Below are positions 1-13,721 of a DNA stretch of 57,442 nucleotides, piece by piece. The DNA comes from Phoronis australis (Eukaryota; Animalia; Phoronida), in assembly GCA_002633005.1 (NCBI GenBank), contig NMRA01000048.1:987397-1044838 (forward strand). The letters run 5' to 3'. The first letter of the stretch is position 1. The number at the start of each line of letters is the position of its first letter. Made by a program: the position numbers and the translations under genes. The notes under the pieces were generated by a model. That model was not told the DNA's origin. It did not search any database and was given only the letters and a program-made list of their open reading frames with translations.

Positions 1-526
1 GTGGTATCTTCATCAGCGCGTGCTCTCAGTGGGAGGTCACCGCTTTATCCACTCAAGCGCTCGACCAACAACTGACGAGAGTCTCAGAACTCCCACATGC
101 AAATTTGATATGCAAATGAGGGAGTACTTGACTACTGCGCCATCTATACATCGACGGAAAAGCTTAAATGCCCGTGACTGCGTGTGGGAAGTTGCGATTG
201 AGTGCTCTGAAGTCGATATTTTTAAAGTACAATTACACCACTGTTTAAGGTTGCAAAGTGAGTTTTTTATATCCTTCTATAGAAAAAGCTTTAATCTCTC
301 TGATAAAATCATCTGTTTCCTTTTAAACGAAACTTAAGTCCTGAAATTAGTCCGGGGAAGTAGGCCAAAAACGGCGGTTTAGCTAGTTGTCCCTTCCTGG
401 TTATCTCTTCCTGATAAAACTGTATAGCTTGCAAGATTCAGAGTAGTATATAAACTGCTAATTAAATCAATGCAGATATGATGTAGAAATTGTGAAGGCA
501 TGTTAAGCACAATTCAGCTATCATAC

Positions 527-565
527 CTTTCGTTTTTGGAAAAATTGATATCCATCTTCAACTAC
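527..565 (-). CDS. PP1-like phosphatase, coding exon 7 (39 nt); gene continues beyond the left edge
   Basis: tacag|VVEDGYQFFQKRK|gtatga. The expected LVTLFSAPNY exon was not found in 1-526. Confidence 0.9.
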
Positions 566-1132
566 CTGTAATAAACATGCATATTATTTTAACATTAGCA
601 ACAGAAACTCAGATGTTCAAACAGAAAAGACGAATCAGAATGTCATGCAATCAATTACATTCACAGAATATGCTCCTTTTGACAGTTCTTCACGACTTAC
701 AACCTCATACTTAAGATCATTTGGGTTAGGTAGAGTTACCGGCTGGGGCCTGTTTCACTGAAAAGTCAACTTTTTTAATCTACACGGGGACTTATGCCAA
801 AACTTATAACTGGGCGTCAGTCTCTATGCAAACAATAATCATAAAGTTACGACATTTTAAAGACACAGGTCGAACGTCTTTAGAAATTGGGTAGAATGAA
901 GCACTTCATTTTATGAATAATTAGCCAAGGGATAAAACACAATCACATACTAAAATCACGCCTTGGTTAAGAAGGTTAGCTAGTTGATAGAGAAACAAGA
1001 TGTTAAATGAGGGGCAGCAGTTTAACAGTCGAGCAATAAAACTTGGGTTGCATTGACAACAATACAAGATTCACTAATAAATATAAGTCAAAAAAGATGT
1101 CTAAGCAGTAATTTTACCCAACAAATAGTTAC

Positions 1133-1246
1133 CTGGTGGGCCCTGACTACGAGGCTGCAGTCGTGTTTCTTGAGAAAGTTTCGTACGACGTCTCCACCAA
1201 ATGTGTAGGAGACACCTCGGTCGTTCTCACCCCATCCAGTGATGTC
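1133..1246 (-). CDS. PP1-like phosphatase, coding exon 6
   Basis: ttttcag|[38 protein letters not shown]|gtaact; 114 nt, phase 0 to phase 0. Confidence 0.95.
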
Positions 1247-1574
1247 CTGAAAAGCATATTTTTCTTTTGATCATATAACAGTCCAAAAATAAGTTTATAA
1301 CTGACTTACCGTGTTCCAAATATTGGGAGCTTCACCAAATGCTGTTTCGGAACATCTGCACAATAAAAACCACACTTACGTTTTGTGAAAAAACCCATTC
1401 ATTTGAGCATATCGTGGGCTAAATACGTGAAGAATTACGGTACATATTACATTCTTTTGTGCATACTTTCGTAACTTTCTCAAACTGACAGTTGTGAAAT
1501 CAGATTTAAATTGCTAATTGAGAAGAGAATCAGAGCCAGCAAAATTACGTTCCTAACTAATCTAGCTTAGGCCA

Positions 1575-1876
1575 ACAAATGGGCATACTGCCCCAAATGA
1601 GTTGGCCCAAATAGCAAATAGCCATACTGACATGAGTTGGCCCAAATAGCAAATAGCCATACTGACATGAGTTGGCCCAAATAGCAAATAGCCATACTGA
1701 CCTAATGAGTTGGCCCAAATAGCAAGTAGCCATACTGACATGAGTTGGCCCAAATAGCAAATAGCCATACTGACCTAATGAGTAGGCCCAAATAGCAAAT
1801 AGCCATACTGACCTAATGAGTAGGCCCAAATAGCAAATGGGCATACTAACCCAATGGGTTGGCTCGAATAGCAAAT
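1575..1876. repeat. Minisatellite, 34-38 bp unit, about 8 copies (intronic)
   Basis: TGAGTTGGCCCAAATAGCAAATAGCCATACTGAC(CTA)A repeated; explains the ORFs at 1557-1874 and 1562-1768. Confidence 0.95.
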
Positions 1877-2369
1877 AATCAGGAGCGGGTCTAAGTGACA
1901 GAGAAAATTCAAAAAAGCTCTGTTTTCACATTTTTTCTATGACATTGCAAATGTGAAGTAGAGACAGATATAACCATTGGACATTGATTTCTAATATTAT
2001 ATGTTGGGTATTAAGTTTTGTGTATCAAAGTGAGACAAAGTCGAAATTTGTTGTGAATGACCTCACAGGAGATGTCTGGTTGTGTTTTATGATTCTACGA
2101 AGTATAGCACCAATCAATCTGTCAAACAATATGTGTGTGGCAAATATTTCTCAAAAACACAAGAAAGGTGAATACCGCAGTGATTCAAGAGGTAAATTAT
2201 GACAGAATTCATAGTCAAGCGTAATCAAGTCATGGTCAATATGTTTGGGTTAGTAGTTGGACACTCAAGGAGCTGAATGCACCAGGCCCCAAAGTCTTGC
2301 TTTCAATTCAGTCCCAATAATAGATAGCACTAAAAAGGACTTTGTGTCATAGATTGTACTCACCTCATC

Positions 2370-2600
2370 AGAGGAGGCAGTGAAGCCTAGTGGGTTGAGT
2401 ATTCACCCCCTGACCTCTAGGTCGTAGGTTCAAATCCCACTGAACTCCATTGCTTAACACTTGCCGTCAGGTCTCTACAGTCTCAGCTCAGTTTACATGT
2501 TTTATATATGTATAATAATGAAACAAAAAATAGTTTCAGGTGTTTTGGACAATGGGCCGAGCAGATGCAATTGCATGTACAAGTCCTGCACTTATTTTTT
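2370..2600 (+). mobile_element. tRNA-derived SINE with 13-bp target-site duplication
   Basis: A-box-like TGAAGCCTAGTGG (2381) and B-box GGTTCAAATCC (2427); flanked by the direct repeat TACTCACCTCATC at 2357-2369 and 2601-2613. Confidence 0.7.
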
Positions 2601-2607
2601 TACTCAC

Positions 2608-2756
2608 CTCATCGGGGTCTGACCAGAGTAAATCACAGACAAGTCCACAATCGGGAACATCCATGGGACGTTGGAGGTTACGCACCTGAGACAGGTCGCG
2701 GAGGTCAGGAGACAAGCCGCCATGCATGCAGAAAATAGTGCCCTCTACCAGGGCAG
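2608..2756 (-). CDS. PP1-like phosphatase, coding exon 5
   Basis: tttcag|[19 protein letters not shown]...[18 protein letters not shown]|gtgagt; HGG and DLLWSDP motifs; 149 nt. Confidence 0.95.
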
Positions 2757-3018
2757 CTGAAATGCACAGACCATACATCATATGCATGCCACTGTATGGA
2801 TCAAGAATTTTGTATTCAACAGTTATGTAGTTACACTACCATCCGTACTTGGTGACTTACAAATTACCGCCTTTTTGAATTACAAACATTATTGTAGCAC
2901 ATCAACAAATTAAAGTAAAGTACATGCACATAGCACAACTCAGGAATCTGACTAATTTTCACGTGCAGATTTATTTTAGTGAGAGTTTGAGACAAGAGTT
3001 CACCTAAAACAATATCTA

Positions 3019-3198
<180 letters not shown>

Positions 3199-4692
3199 CT
3201 AATACACATACTTACACAAGTGATACTTGGTGGGCGTGTCAAAGAGACATGTCATGGGCATGTCATATTTCTAATTATTCCTTTGAAACCAACGAGAGCT
3301 CATGCTCAGGGTTGATTGAAATATATGCACTCATGTCAAATGCTTAATATTTTAAGAAATATCAGATGTTGTATATGGCGCTTTCACCAGAAATCAATAG
3401 GATTCCCTGATCTATATTATTCTTCATATTCTGTAAGCTTGGTGGAGATATCTACCTCAAGATTTTCAGTTAATTGATTGAACAATTTCAGTCAGTCTTA
3501 AGATTCAGTACGTTACCAATTAAGGCAACAGGTATCGTAAAAACAGGACAATATAAACAAACATTTAGAAACAAAGATTATGCTCAATTACTGTAAGAAA
3601 AGTGATTGTAGTGACAGCTCTGTTAGTTCACACCACACTGCCCACACAGAGCTATGTCAAACATAAACCACACTCGATAGATGAAGTTTGAAGAGCATAA
3701 AACTCCTACAAGTGAGTGATTGCAGAATAATAGCACATACCACAATAGCAGCAAACTGTCAAGGGGGCCATAAACACACGTTCTGTCACAGAAACTAACT
3801 TAATTATCATTTAAGCAACATACTGCTATAAAACTGATCTCAACTTGTTCTTAACTTGGATGAGAACTGGTTTCTGAGCTTGGAAAAACTGTCAGTTTGG
3901 TTCTGTTGAAGATTATGCTCAGCGTTTAAACTTAAGATATAAATGTAACAAGTCAACTTGTAGAACCTGGTATGAAGCACTAATCAACTGTCACCGCCTT
4001 CCGAGACGAGAAACTATTACTAAGTTGAGATCAATTGATTAATGTAATGTGGTCAAAACAAAATGTTAAGTTTTTGTTAAGAAAGACAAGTTTATAGTTA
4101 TAGTTTAGTATGATCAATGAAAAAAGTCAGCAGGTGACCCGCCACCTACAGCAGGGCACCAGGCATGTTAGGGCCTCAAGACCTCAATGAGTGGGTGAAT
4201 ATATATACAACTGATGCATCCAGGCAGGACACTCGGTTGAAATTCGGACGAAGGCATCTTGGCCACTGTTTTTCCTCATTTTTTAACAATATGAGATAGT
4301 AGCAAAAATGAACCAGCATGGCGAGGAAACGGTATTTTGTCGTATTACCAGCAGTATCCACACTACATCAGGGTATCAGCACATCAATAAAACGGCATAA
4401 AATAATTAAGCTCCTTCTAGTGGTTTCAATAACATGAGCGAGAACTTGTACTGTTCTTTTTTACATATAAAATTAAATACATTCCTGTGGCGCACAACAA
4501 ATGTCAATCATGAGACCCAATTCAGTGCAGCAGTAAGATATTTTGCATTAATTTTATTCTTTGGATTTCAAGAAGTTCCAAGAAATGTGGATTTTTGAAA
4601 GCAAGCTGCGGGCAGACTTCTGAAACCATCACATTATTGAAGAAAAACAGAAACGCACGCGCACACACACTCCCAAGCTAGATAAAGAAACA

Positions 4693-4810
4693 CAGCCCAT
4701 TACTCTCACCTCCAACAATTCAGCCCATTACTCTCACCTCCAACAATTCAGCCCATTACTCTCACCTCCAACAATTCAGCCCATTACTCTCACCTCCAAC
4801 AATTCAGCCC
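4693..4810. repeat. 28-bp tandem repeat x4
   Basis: CAGCCCATTACTCTCACCTCCAACAATT, perfect copies. Confidence 0.95.
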
Positions 4811-6313
4811 GAGTGATACACGTCACAGATAGACAAAACTGCAATATTTTTTTCCACTATTACGTTGTCAAACAGAATTAGGCGGGGATGATAATTTTGT
4901 AAATAATGTCATTCTAATATAATCTAGGTTGAAATTCAAAAACTTTTACAACGATTTTCAGAAACCATTAATAATTTGATAAATTACATCATTTTTGGCC
5001 ATAGTAAGATTGACCCTACAACTATGGTGATGACCTACTTACTATTCCCGGTCTCTCTTGCTACTATCATATCACCACATGGATTTGACTTGATTGGTAT
5101 TCGACACTTGCTGTTTTATTGTATATATTATCCTGATGTTGTGTTATGAATAGACGAAACGTTGAATGAACATGACTTATTTATTTGTGCGGCGATTGTC
5201 CGTTTCTTAATTTGAGAAAGAAAATTAATAAAAAATGAAAATGTTCCGACGAGGGACACCTGGCGAAATCAACTGAAAGAGCAAGGGAGACAACAATGAC
5301 GACAAAGTCAGCTATTACGGTATCGCCAATAGCAGGCGCCACTTGCTGTAAGGACTATTTCCCAGGTACACGAATGGAGATAGACTTGTATGAGATTAGA
5401 TTTGCTATCCTGAGTGACTTGTCAACTCTTACAAATATGCCAAGGAGTAATAAACACATTGTGTTATTTAAACATTGTCAGGACTGGTATGTAGGTGCAT
5501 CTCTTGTATTTAGAACAAACTTTGCCACATGCTGGGCATTTCTCTTTTTTGGTTTGTTAACGCCACCGGCATCAAAACTGATGAATACACTGAAACACCA
5601 ACAACAGTCAAAAACAGAATGAGAAATGAAGCTTGTGTTGTTGGCATGAAAAGAAAACGTCAAGAACCCATTGTTGTTGTTGGACCGTAAGATGGCTATT
5701 GTAAGCATGAGAAATTTAGCAGTGTCGGACCTAAATCTAGAATAACTGAGGAATGTTGAGCGGTGACAGAAATGAATACGCAATCCTTATATATTCACAT
5801 ACCAAGTATCAAAAAGATTTGTCAATTGACAACTGAGCTGTAGCTCCGTAAAAAGAAATATGACTACCACAGTGCCATCTTGCATGCAATTTAAACCCAA
5901 AACAATAGCTATTCACGAGACACTTGTTATTTGCAAATTTCATGCTCACCACATTCTCAACCAAAAAAATATTACCACACAGTAACCACCAAGTAAAAAC
6001 TAAATCAAGACATCACAACAAAGCAACATATTTCGCACTATATTTCCTGATTTCACAATGCAATTAACAAAAACATCATAAAATGTATATAAAAGTCATT
6101 AAAATTAAAAACTGATAAAAGTAATGGGCACAGCCATTGTTATTGTCTATCAACCTAGGAATTCAGCTGACATTTTTTCTTTTGGTCGTGTCCATAAGAA
6201 GGACTCGGACGACATGCCTCGCCCTCTAATTAATTCACCTATGCCCCTTCCACTAACAAATAAGATTGAGATTCCCAAATGAGAGAAAGTGCTGCACATA
6301 AAGCACCTCATAC

Positions 6314-6421
6314 CTGTTAATGGTCGCACACTCGTGGTTTCCTCTAAGCAAGAAAAAGTTATTTGGGTACTTTATCTTGTAAGCCAGCAACAGACAGATG
6401 CTCTCTAAGGACCGTTTGCCT
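6314..6421 (-). CDS. PP1-like phosphatase, coding exon 3
   Basis: ttcag|(R)[35 protein letters not shown](R)|gtatga; RGNHE motif; 108 nt, phase 2 to phase 2. Confidence 0.95.
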
Positions 6422-7239
6422 CTGAAATCACAAATTTGCAACTTTTTTGAAATAAAGTAAAGAAAATATGACGTACTATTGTGACACAAAATTATGAAAA
6501 TCAATCCTGACTAAAATATTATAAAGATGCATTTTGCCCTGACCAGAAAACTAAAATGAAATTAGGCCTGTTCCTCACAAAATTAGTGTTATAACATGTC
6601 CTACTATAAGGTTTCATTTCCGTTACCAAAAAGAATATTGATGGCCGGAGAATAGACCCACCGAAATGTCGTGACAGTTCAAATAGACAAGAGGTTGGTG
6701 TAAATAGACCAAGAGATTTTAATAACGGTTGTAAAAGGAACATTGAAACCATCAGCGACTCAAAAAAACGCTTCCGGGTTTATAGTGGTTGGCCAACCCC
6801 GAAATTGCAAATTGGAAAATGCCGCATGTACGCATTGCTTGAGAGTTGAGTTGCCAGCTCATTGAGCAATAATCACTGATCAGAGAAGTGCGGTTATGTT
6901 TCAAATGACAAACCACTTCAGTGTAGCATGCAACATTGACGGCTAAATAGGAGACAAAATGCACCTTTAAGTGACATGAAATAATGCAAAAGGAAGCTTA
7001 TAAGTACTAAACAAAAGCAAGGCGGAGCACAGACACAAGGGGTGACCATTATTTTAAAAATGTCGTCTAGAAGACGCAATACTAATAGACTCAATATAGC
7101 CTCCACGCCTACTGATACTATCCTCAACTGGAACTGTTACACTAACCTGCCAACTTTCATCATGATTTCTCAAGCAGTTGGAGGATAGGAAGATGAACAA
7201 TGGAGAACAGAATGTTGATAACAGGGCAGTTAGTAACTT

Positions 7240-7915
7240 ATTTGCTTAATTTCATGAGAATTGATCAAGGATTTTGGTAAATATCAAGACGAATTCAAAA
7301 AACACAAAACTCCATCCAAGGATGTCCACAGCAGTTAACTTTGTGACAAAATTTACGTCAGTTGTACAATCTCCTCAATAGGAACACAAAGCAAATTCCA
7401 TGATGATCCATCAAGGAACTTGGTAGATACCTAGCCACAGGCACAAAAATAAAATTGCCACATAAGTCAGAGCCGTCCAAAAATTATGGTATTGTCAGCC
7501 ATGCTCTCCTCAATATGCCAATATCAGGTGAGAGGTGGATGTCAAAAACTCCGAAATAATAAAAATGGCCACTGGGTGCTGCAAAATAATGAAAGGGGAA
7601 AGGCATAGTCAGCTCTGCAATGTATAACTATTTTGTCAAATTTCATGAAAATCTGTCAAGTAACTACAAAGGCAATGTAAAAAATAAAATTACTACTAGG
7701 GACACAGCAGTAGTCGAATCTGTTCGTAAGTCAGTCATAGGGATACAGCAGTAGTCGAATCTGTTCGTAAGTCAGTCATCAGTAGTCAGTCACATCCATA
7801 GACAATTTACCAAATTTTACCATGATCCTGTAAAAGCGTTAAGAGATAAAGCTGAGAATGCCAGATGGACAGACAGACGTCAGACAGAGAGGACGACAGT
7901 ATGCAATCACATATA
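7240..7915 (-). mobile_element. Degenerate Helentron-associated element (HINE), approximate bounds
   Basis: Shares the core motifs AAAATGGCCACT and ACTAGGGACACAGCAGTAGTCGAATC and a GGAC/AGAC microsatellite with the intact copies. Confidence 0.55.
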
Positions 7916-10900
7916 ACTATGTCAGTAAATAATACAAGTTCTAACCACAAGTGTCCTTTTATTTTTGGTCTTATCGTATTATTGTTTACCTAGCAAAGAA
8001 AACATCTTTTGCTTAGCCTTTGACAACAGACAATTGTTATTTAAACCTGTATAATTTTCTTTTTGCTTAGCTGTCCAAAAAAACAAAAAGTGGCACTCGA
8101 TAACTTTTTGAGCCACAACTGAATTTACCTCTCCCAACTTCATTAAAACTTGGCGCCTGCTTGGCTGCCTGGGTATTTCCAGTTTTTGTGCTGTATGTGA
8201 AGCTTACAAATGGCATTTGATTGATTTTTGAGTCTCTTCCGATTGAAAGGATGCTAGTTGCTGACCCTTTGACCCCCTTTTTGTAATCATGGCTTTTAGT
8301 GCTTGCTAGTAGGAAATTGAAATTTAGCACAAAATTCAGGAATCTTTGAGACATTTTGGATTTGTAAAAAATCTGGCTGGTCAATACCCACCTTTCACCC
8401 GATTTTCTAAAATCTGGAGAGTTTTGACCGTCTGAATGCACTGTCTCTCAGTTCAAAGAGCCCGCGTGTTAATGGTGACTTTGGGGATGAAAATTAATGA
8501 TTTGATGTACTTTTTGTTCGTACTTTAATTACCTAGCTGCACTTCCAGTGGTCATAAAAAAATATGAAAAATCCACTTTGGATCAGTTTTATTAGACTCT
8601 GTGCAAGGTTTTGGAAATCTTTGGCCCAGTAGACTGTTTATAGGATTTGTACACTTGTGGAACAGAGAGGCAGAGCTCTCCATCCCTGGTTTTTCAAGCC
8701 CAAAACCACTACGTCTGTTCAATGCCACCAAACAAAACCATAAGGTCATTTGCCACTGCAAAATTGATTTCAGAATTGTCCGTACCAGTATAACAGGACT
8801 TTGCTATTTATACTATTCATGAATCAAAAAAAAAACAATTCAAAAACTCCTGAGGGCACACTAGCCCTTCCAAAATTTGACCGCATCAACTCATTCGAAG
8901 GTAATTCCTGTATGCCATCAGAACAGTCAGTTACAGGGAGTGACAATGAACTGTGCTTGTTGCTGGGCCAAGCTAGGTGGCCACTGTATTATCACTTCTG
9001 AGGATGGTGTTGAATAAATGACACCGAAACAAGTCAAGTCTTAAAACCGTTGTTGTTTTCTTCCATATATGCTGCTACTTGCTATCATGGAGATAAAATA
9101 AATAATTGAAAAAATAATTCCTTAAGGAAAATGACACTGACGCAAAAGAGCGAAAACCTCGCGAAAAGTATGCAGAGAAACACTCTCGAACTCTCTCCTT
9201 TTCAAGTGGTTTTGAGAACAATGGCGGCAAAGTTTGAGGCTTGCAAGCAGATCGAGTGCACGCTTGTGTCTATAGACCCTTTCATACAGACTTAATTCCG
9301 GTCTGAGTGGAGCATCAACGTAAACTGCAAAGTTAACTGAACTGTTCGTACCGGCTTCAGTGGTTAATAGACATTGAAGTAAACAGTAGGTGATATAACT
9401 GTCATCAAAGTCATCGCAAGGTAGCACTGATGCATTGCATGCATGCTAAGAATTTTTTGATTTGACAGTTTAGGAACATTTATATGTGCTAATTGACATA
9501 ACACTTATTTCTAATTCCAGTAATGATTATTCAAGCAAAATCAACTTTTTGCAACCATTACAGTGGCCCCTAGATGGAACCAAAGTTGATAGTTCATACT
9601 GCACTGCAGCGTCGACACTCCAATGTTAAACCCCCCTGTTTACTTTGAAGTTAACTGGTACTGTTACCTTCAATCAACAACCCAAGTTAACCGTTCATAG
9701 TGACCACAACTCCCCAAAACATCGACACATCGAAGTTAGCATGAAAGGGCCTCTTGTAAAGGGATATAAAGGTGCTATTTTTTGACTAATAGCATTTAAC
9801 TTGCCACACGTGAAGCATACAAAATACCATATTACTATGTTCCACCTGTTCATAATTTATAAACAAGTAAATCAGGAATTATGAAGACATCGATAACTGC
9901 TGACTCAACTTCAGCCAAACCTTGTTCATAACACAGTTCTCCAACTTATAAAATTCTTTCACCAACTGGTCAAAAATTTTCACTCAATGAAAACTGACAG
10001 TAAAAGCCTAGACTATTGGGCACAAAAAAGTTAATGGAATGTGATATTTGGTTCTTGGAAAATGGCTACGTCTTCATATTCTGAAATTCTTATAGTTACA
10101 CAGATCAAAATCGCGAGAATTTAGGTGGCAAATTTTTTCTAGATAGTTTGTGCTAACACCATGTTCCATCTATAGTTCATGATCTCAAATGATATTCTGT
10201 TTATTTTAGGCAACACTGCAAAGTGTACTTGGAACAAAACATCAGTTACACAGAATGAAACCTAGGGAGACAAGTTCAAACTGTGTCTCATAAATATCTC
10301 AAACAACACAAGCAAGAGACAACAGATTAAAACTGAATACAATGCCCTCACATTGCTGCAACATCAAAACCGTGTTTGAAAAATCTTGAGCCATGTCTGA
10401 AAAACTTGAGGCATATCTGAAAACTTTAGACCTACATTTAAAGTCTTTACCCACGTTTGAAAAGCGATTTTCCTTCATTTTACAAGAATTAGACAAATGA
10501 TTGAAATAGTATATACTATTCCAACCTCATTTGTCTTGTAAAAATGCTGCAGCTAAGGAGAACCCCTTTTTGCTCTTTTGCAAGTAAAACTAATATGTTA
10601 CTGAGATTGCTTTTTGAGAATTAGCAGAAAGGAGGATTTGGACAAGCGGCTACAAACATGTTAGGATTTTGCTGAGGGACAACTTTGAATAATCATGTCA
10701 TTTGCCTTAAGCAAGATACAGAGATACAGGAAACTCTAAACAATTTCAGACACAATACGGCGGATTAAGTGAAATTTCATTTTCTTATTTCTTCATAAAA
10801 TGCGTGTAGCGACGAATCAATGCTTTTTTGTGTACAAACTGTGCACCACAGCTACCAGCAGACAATATTTTAAAAACTTCTGGGCATTTGAAACAGTGTT

Positions 10901-11105
10901 AGAAGCCTTTGAAAAATTGAAAAGAGGTCAAATTTGGAAATTATTTTTGTCTGAAATTGGCAAGATTTTACCAATTAAACAGACCAAGACACAACAACAA
11001 AAACTACAATTTTTCAGAACAATTTACAACACCACAACCCCGCTGTACAGTAACATTTGTCTATTAGGAAATATTCCAGAAAAAATTAGCTCCACAGCAA
11101 CGAAC

Positions 11106-11311
11106 CTGTCAACATAATCTCCAAGGAAAAGGTAATTGACGTCAGGTGGATAGCCACACATATCAAATAGTCGCAGAAGGTCATGGTATTGACCATGTAT
11201 GTCGCCCACAATATTCACTGGAGACTCCAATTCCAACAGCATGTCTTGCTCCAGGAAAATTGCCCGTGACTGTTGACATAATTGGCGGATTTGCGTCTCT
11301 GGTAATTGAAC
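11106..11311 (-). CDS. PP1-like phosphatase, coding exon 2
   Basis: ttag|[49 protein letters not shown]...[10 protein letters not shown]|gt; contains the GDxHG and GDYVDR motifs; 206 nt, ends phase 2. Confidence 0.95.
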
Positions 11312-12799
11312 CTAAGGAATTGCAACAGCAAAAATACAACATAGAGCAATTTAGTATGCTGTGAGCAAGAAAATGACTTTTGCTTGATCAAATCTCATAT
11401 TATCATGCGCAAGACAAACAGAAGCTAAAAACAAGATGGTGTACTTTTTCATCCTGGGTTATTTTGTAACATTTTTTGAGTGAGCCACTTGAAGGTCCCA
11501 CCACACAACTGCCATTAAACCAAAGAAAATAGCTTGATTGATTCTGATCTGACATATTTTGAAACCAGTCACACACTGCTTAAAGACAAAACACAATATT
11601 CTTCTTTTTTAATAGTTACACAAATGTATCCAATGTGCATTTTTTAGCAATGTGGCTCGCCATTGATTAAGAAAAGGTTTCAAAACTCTAGTGGTAACAC
11701 ACCACTTCAGCTTATTTCAGTGACATTTTTGAAAAACTAAATATATCCCAACAATGTATCAAAATCTTAAAGAAACAAAAACAAGAAACGGTGGTTTTTA
11801 TGGCCTTAGTTGACTCAAGCCAAAGAAAATTTGACAAAACCCTGTAAAACCCTACTCCATTAAATGGACCTTAATATATACCATGTAGATTGTAAGCAGT
11901 GCTGAGCTTTAACACATCCAAACCCTCCATCGCCTTCCAGCCACATAATTTACATCAATGGTTAGCAGTGAGATAGAAAAATAGTCATTCACCATGCTAC
12001 AGATAACAGGATACTCTCAGTTATAGGCATATAACTTTGAGCATGAATATTGCAGTCAACATTTAAAATAGTTTCATCAAACTTGAATAATGAAATTTAT
12101 CAGAATGAAGAGAAATTCTAACATTGTTTTCAGTTGAGACAAGAATGTTTTCTTGACAAAACATACAAACTGATCACCTACTAGCACAAATCCGTCATTA
12201 TAAATAAACAATTTTCTACAATATTCCATCAAATTTTCATTTCTGGAAAAGGAACTTGCGACAAACTTTATCTTTCTAGACATATCCTGAAAATCACATG
12301 CTGTCATGGTAACAGATAGAAAGGTAAGTCGCCATTACATGTTATCATTGATGATTTTATTCTGGAAATGAATCCAAAGCTACGCTATAAATAAGTTCAT
12401 GAGCACCAATATAACACGTTTTAATTGAACTATTTAACCCAATCGCAAATCCCATATGAACAAGCCAACATAGTCATCTCATCAGTTTCATGAGCTAAAA
12501 TCACGTGAAAAAGAATTTTGTTCCAACTGTACACAATTTTTAGTCTTGGGCAAGGAGAAACTGATGCTTTGCACAGAGCGGCTAAACTTTCTGATTGAAA
12601 ACTTGTTTGTGTCTGTATTTAGACAATGGGCAGTTTACACAAACATTGGGGCCAAGTTCCATAAGTGCAAGAATTTCAGGAGTACAGCTAATGTGGTCAT
12701 TTGCTTTGCTTGCAATGTATGAGGATATCTCATGAAGTGTTGCGTGATCTTGTGATTTCGCCGGCTTCTGGCGTTCACGGAATGCATGGCCAAACTTAC

Positions 12800-12964
12800 C
12801 TGCTTGGTAGGATTCTCCTTGATAGACAACAGTTGGTCAATGACTGAGTCTATATCAAATGTCTTGTTGGCAACAATATGGGCACCTGGTGAGACAGCAC
12901 AATTTGATGTGGTCATATTCTGCATGTATTCTCTTGACTGATTATCACGCAGTGTGGTTGGCAT
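12800..12964 (-). CDS. PP1-like Ser/Thr phosphatase catalytic subunit, coding exon 1
   Basis: ATG at 12964; MPTT...FDIDSVIDQLLSIKENPTKQ aligns with the PP1 N-terminal helix (LNLDSIIGRLL). Donor CAG|GTAAGT, phase 0. An acceptor at 13013 with in-frame upstream stops marks a 5'UTR portion. Confidence 0.8.
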
Positions 12965-13122
12965 TATGTCACAGACTTCATTTCACTGCTATTACTATCT
13001 GCAGACTCAGAGCCTACAAGACATGAAGCAAAGAGAAACTTTCTATTGATTACCTTTGTGACTAAATAACAAATACAACATAGTCAACAATACCAGATGG
13101 TTCTTAATTGATCGAACCAGCA

Positions 13123-13136
13123 GTAACCGTGGTAAC
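13123..13136. promoter_or_regulatory. RFX X-box motif
   Basis: GTAACC-GT-GGTAAC matches the consensus GTNRCC(N0-3)RGYAAC, about 160 bp upstream of the PP1-like ATG. Confidence 0.5.
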
Positions 13137-13707
13137 CAATTATAAACTCCAATTCCCACAGCGGGCTAGTAACAATGACATAGAGAAGGAAGTGAGGCGC
13201 AACCTGCACTAAAGAGTCTCGGACTTTACCGAGACCACGCAGCAAATGGCTTTAATAGTGAAAAAAACACAACGGAGAAAAGAGCTAAACCCATTACTGA
13301 ACTTACATTTCAACTGAGCGACTTTGTGTCCTTATTCTTTCCTACATTTATCCACTGGATGTCTAATTATCACCAATTGACAATGGAAAAATATTTAAAA
13401 ACAGTGCAAACAAATCGATATTTTACTAGCAAGCAGTGCTTCCAAGAAAGACAATGTGAAAGAGAGGTATACAATGTACAATATTCTGAATAAATCAAGT
13501 TTTATTTTGGTCATATTTCTCAGCAAATGAAAAGTTTTGTCAACTTCTAACTGTTTGTAGTCACAGCTAACACTGGCCAAAATTGATAATTTTTTGAAAT
13601 TTGTGTTTAAAAAATCAACAACCAAAACATATTAAACACCACATCATTTTAAAATAACCATAAACCAGAATCAAACAGTGTTTTGCCTTATATCTAGTCA
13701 TTATTCA

Positions 13708-13721
13708 GTCACCATGGAAAC
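13708..13721. promoter_or_regulatory. Second RFX X-box-like motif
   Basis: GTCACC-AT-GGAAAC matches the GTHNYY-AT-RRNAAC X-box form. Confidence 0.4.

Noticed and set aside
20-337. 105-aa ORF at the window start
   Set aside because: GTG start, no motif, and it lies antisense within a PP1-like intron; probably repeat-derived.
1557-1874. Hydrophobic repeat-protein ORFs
   Set aside because: They are translations of an intronic minisatellite.
2370-2450. Functional tRNA gene
   Set aside because: A and B boxes are present but the stems are imperfect, and it is flanked by a TSD with an extra body, which fits a SINE head.
9122-9427. 101-aa ORF inside PP1-like intron 2
   Set aside because: Non-ATG start, no recognisable domain, and the flanking exons already join in phase.
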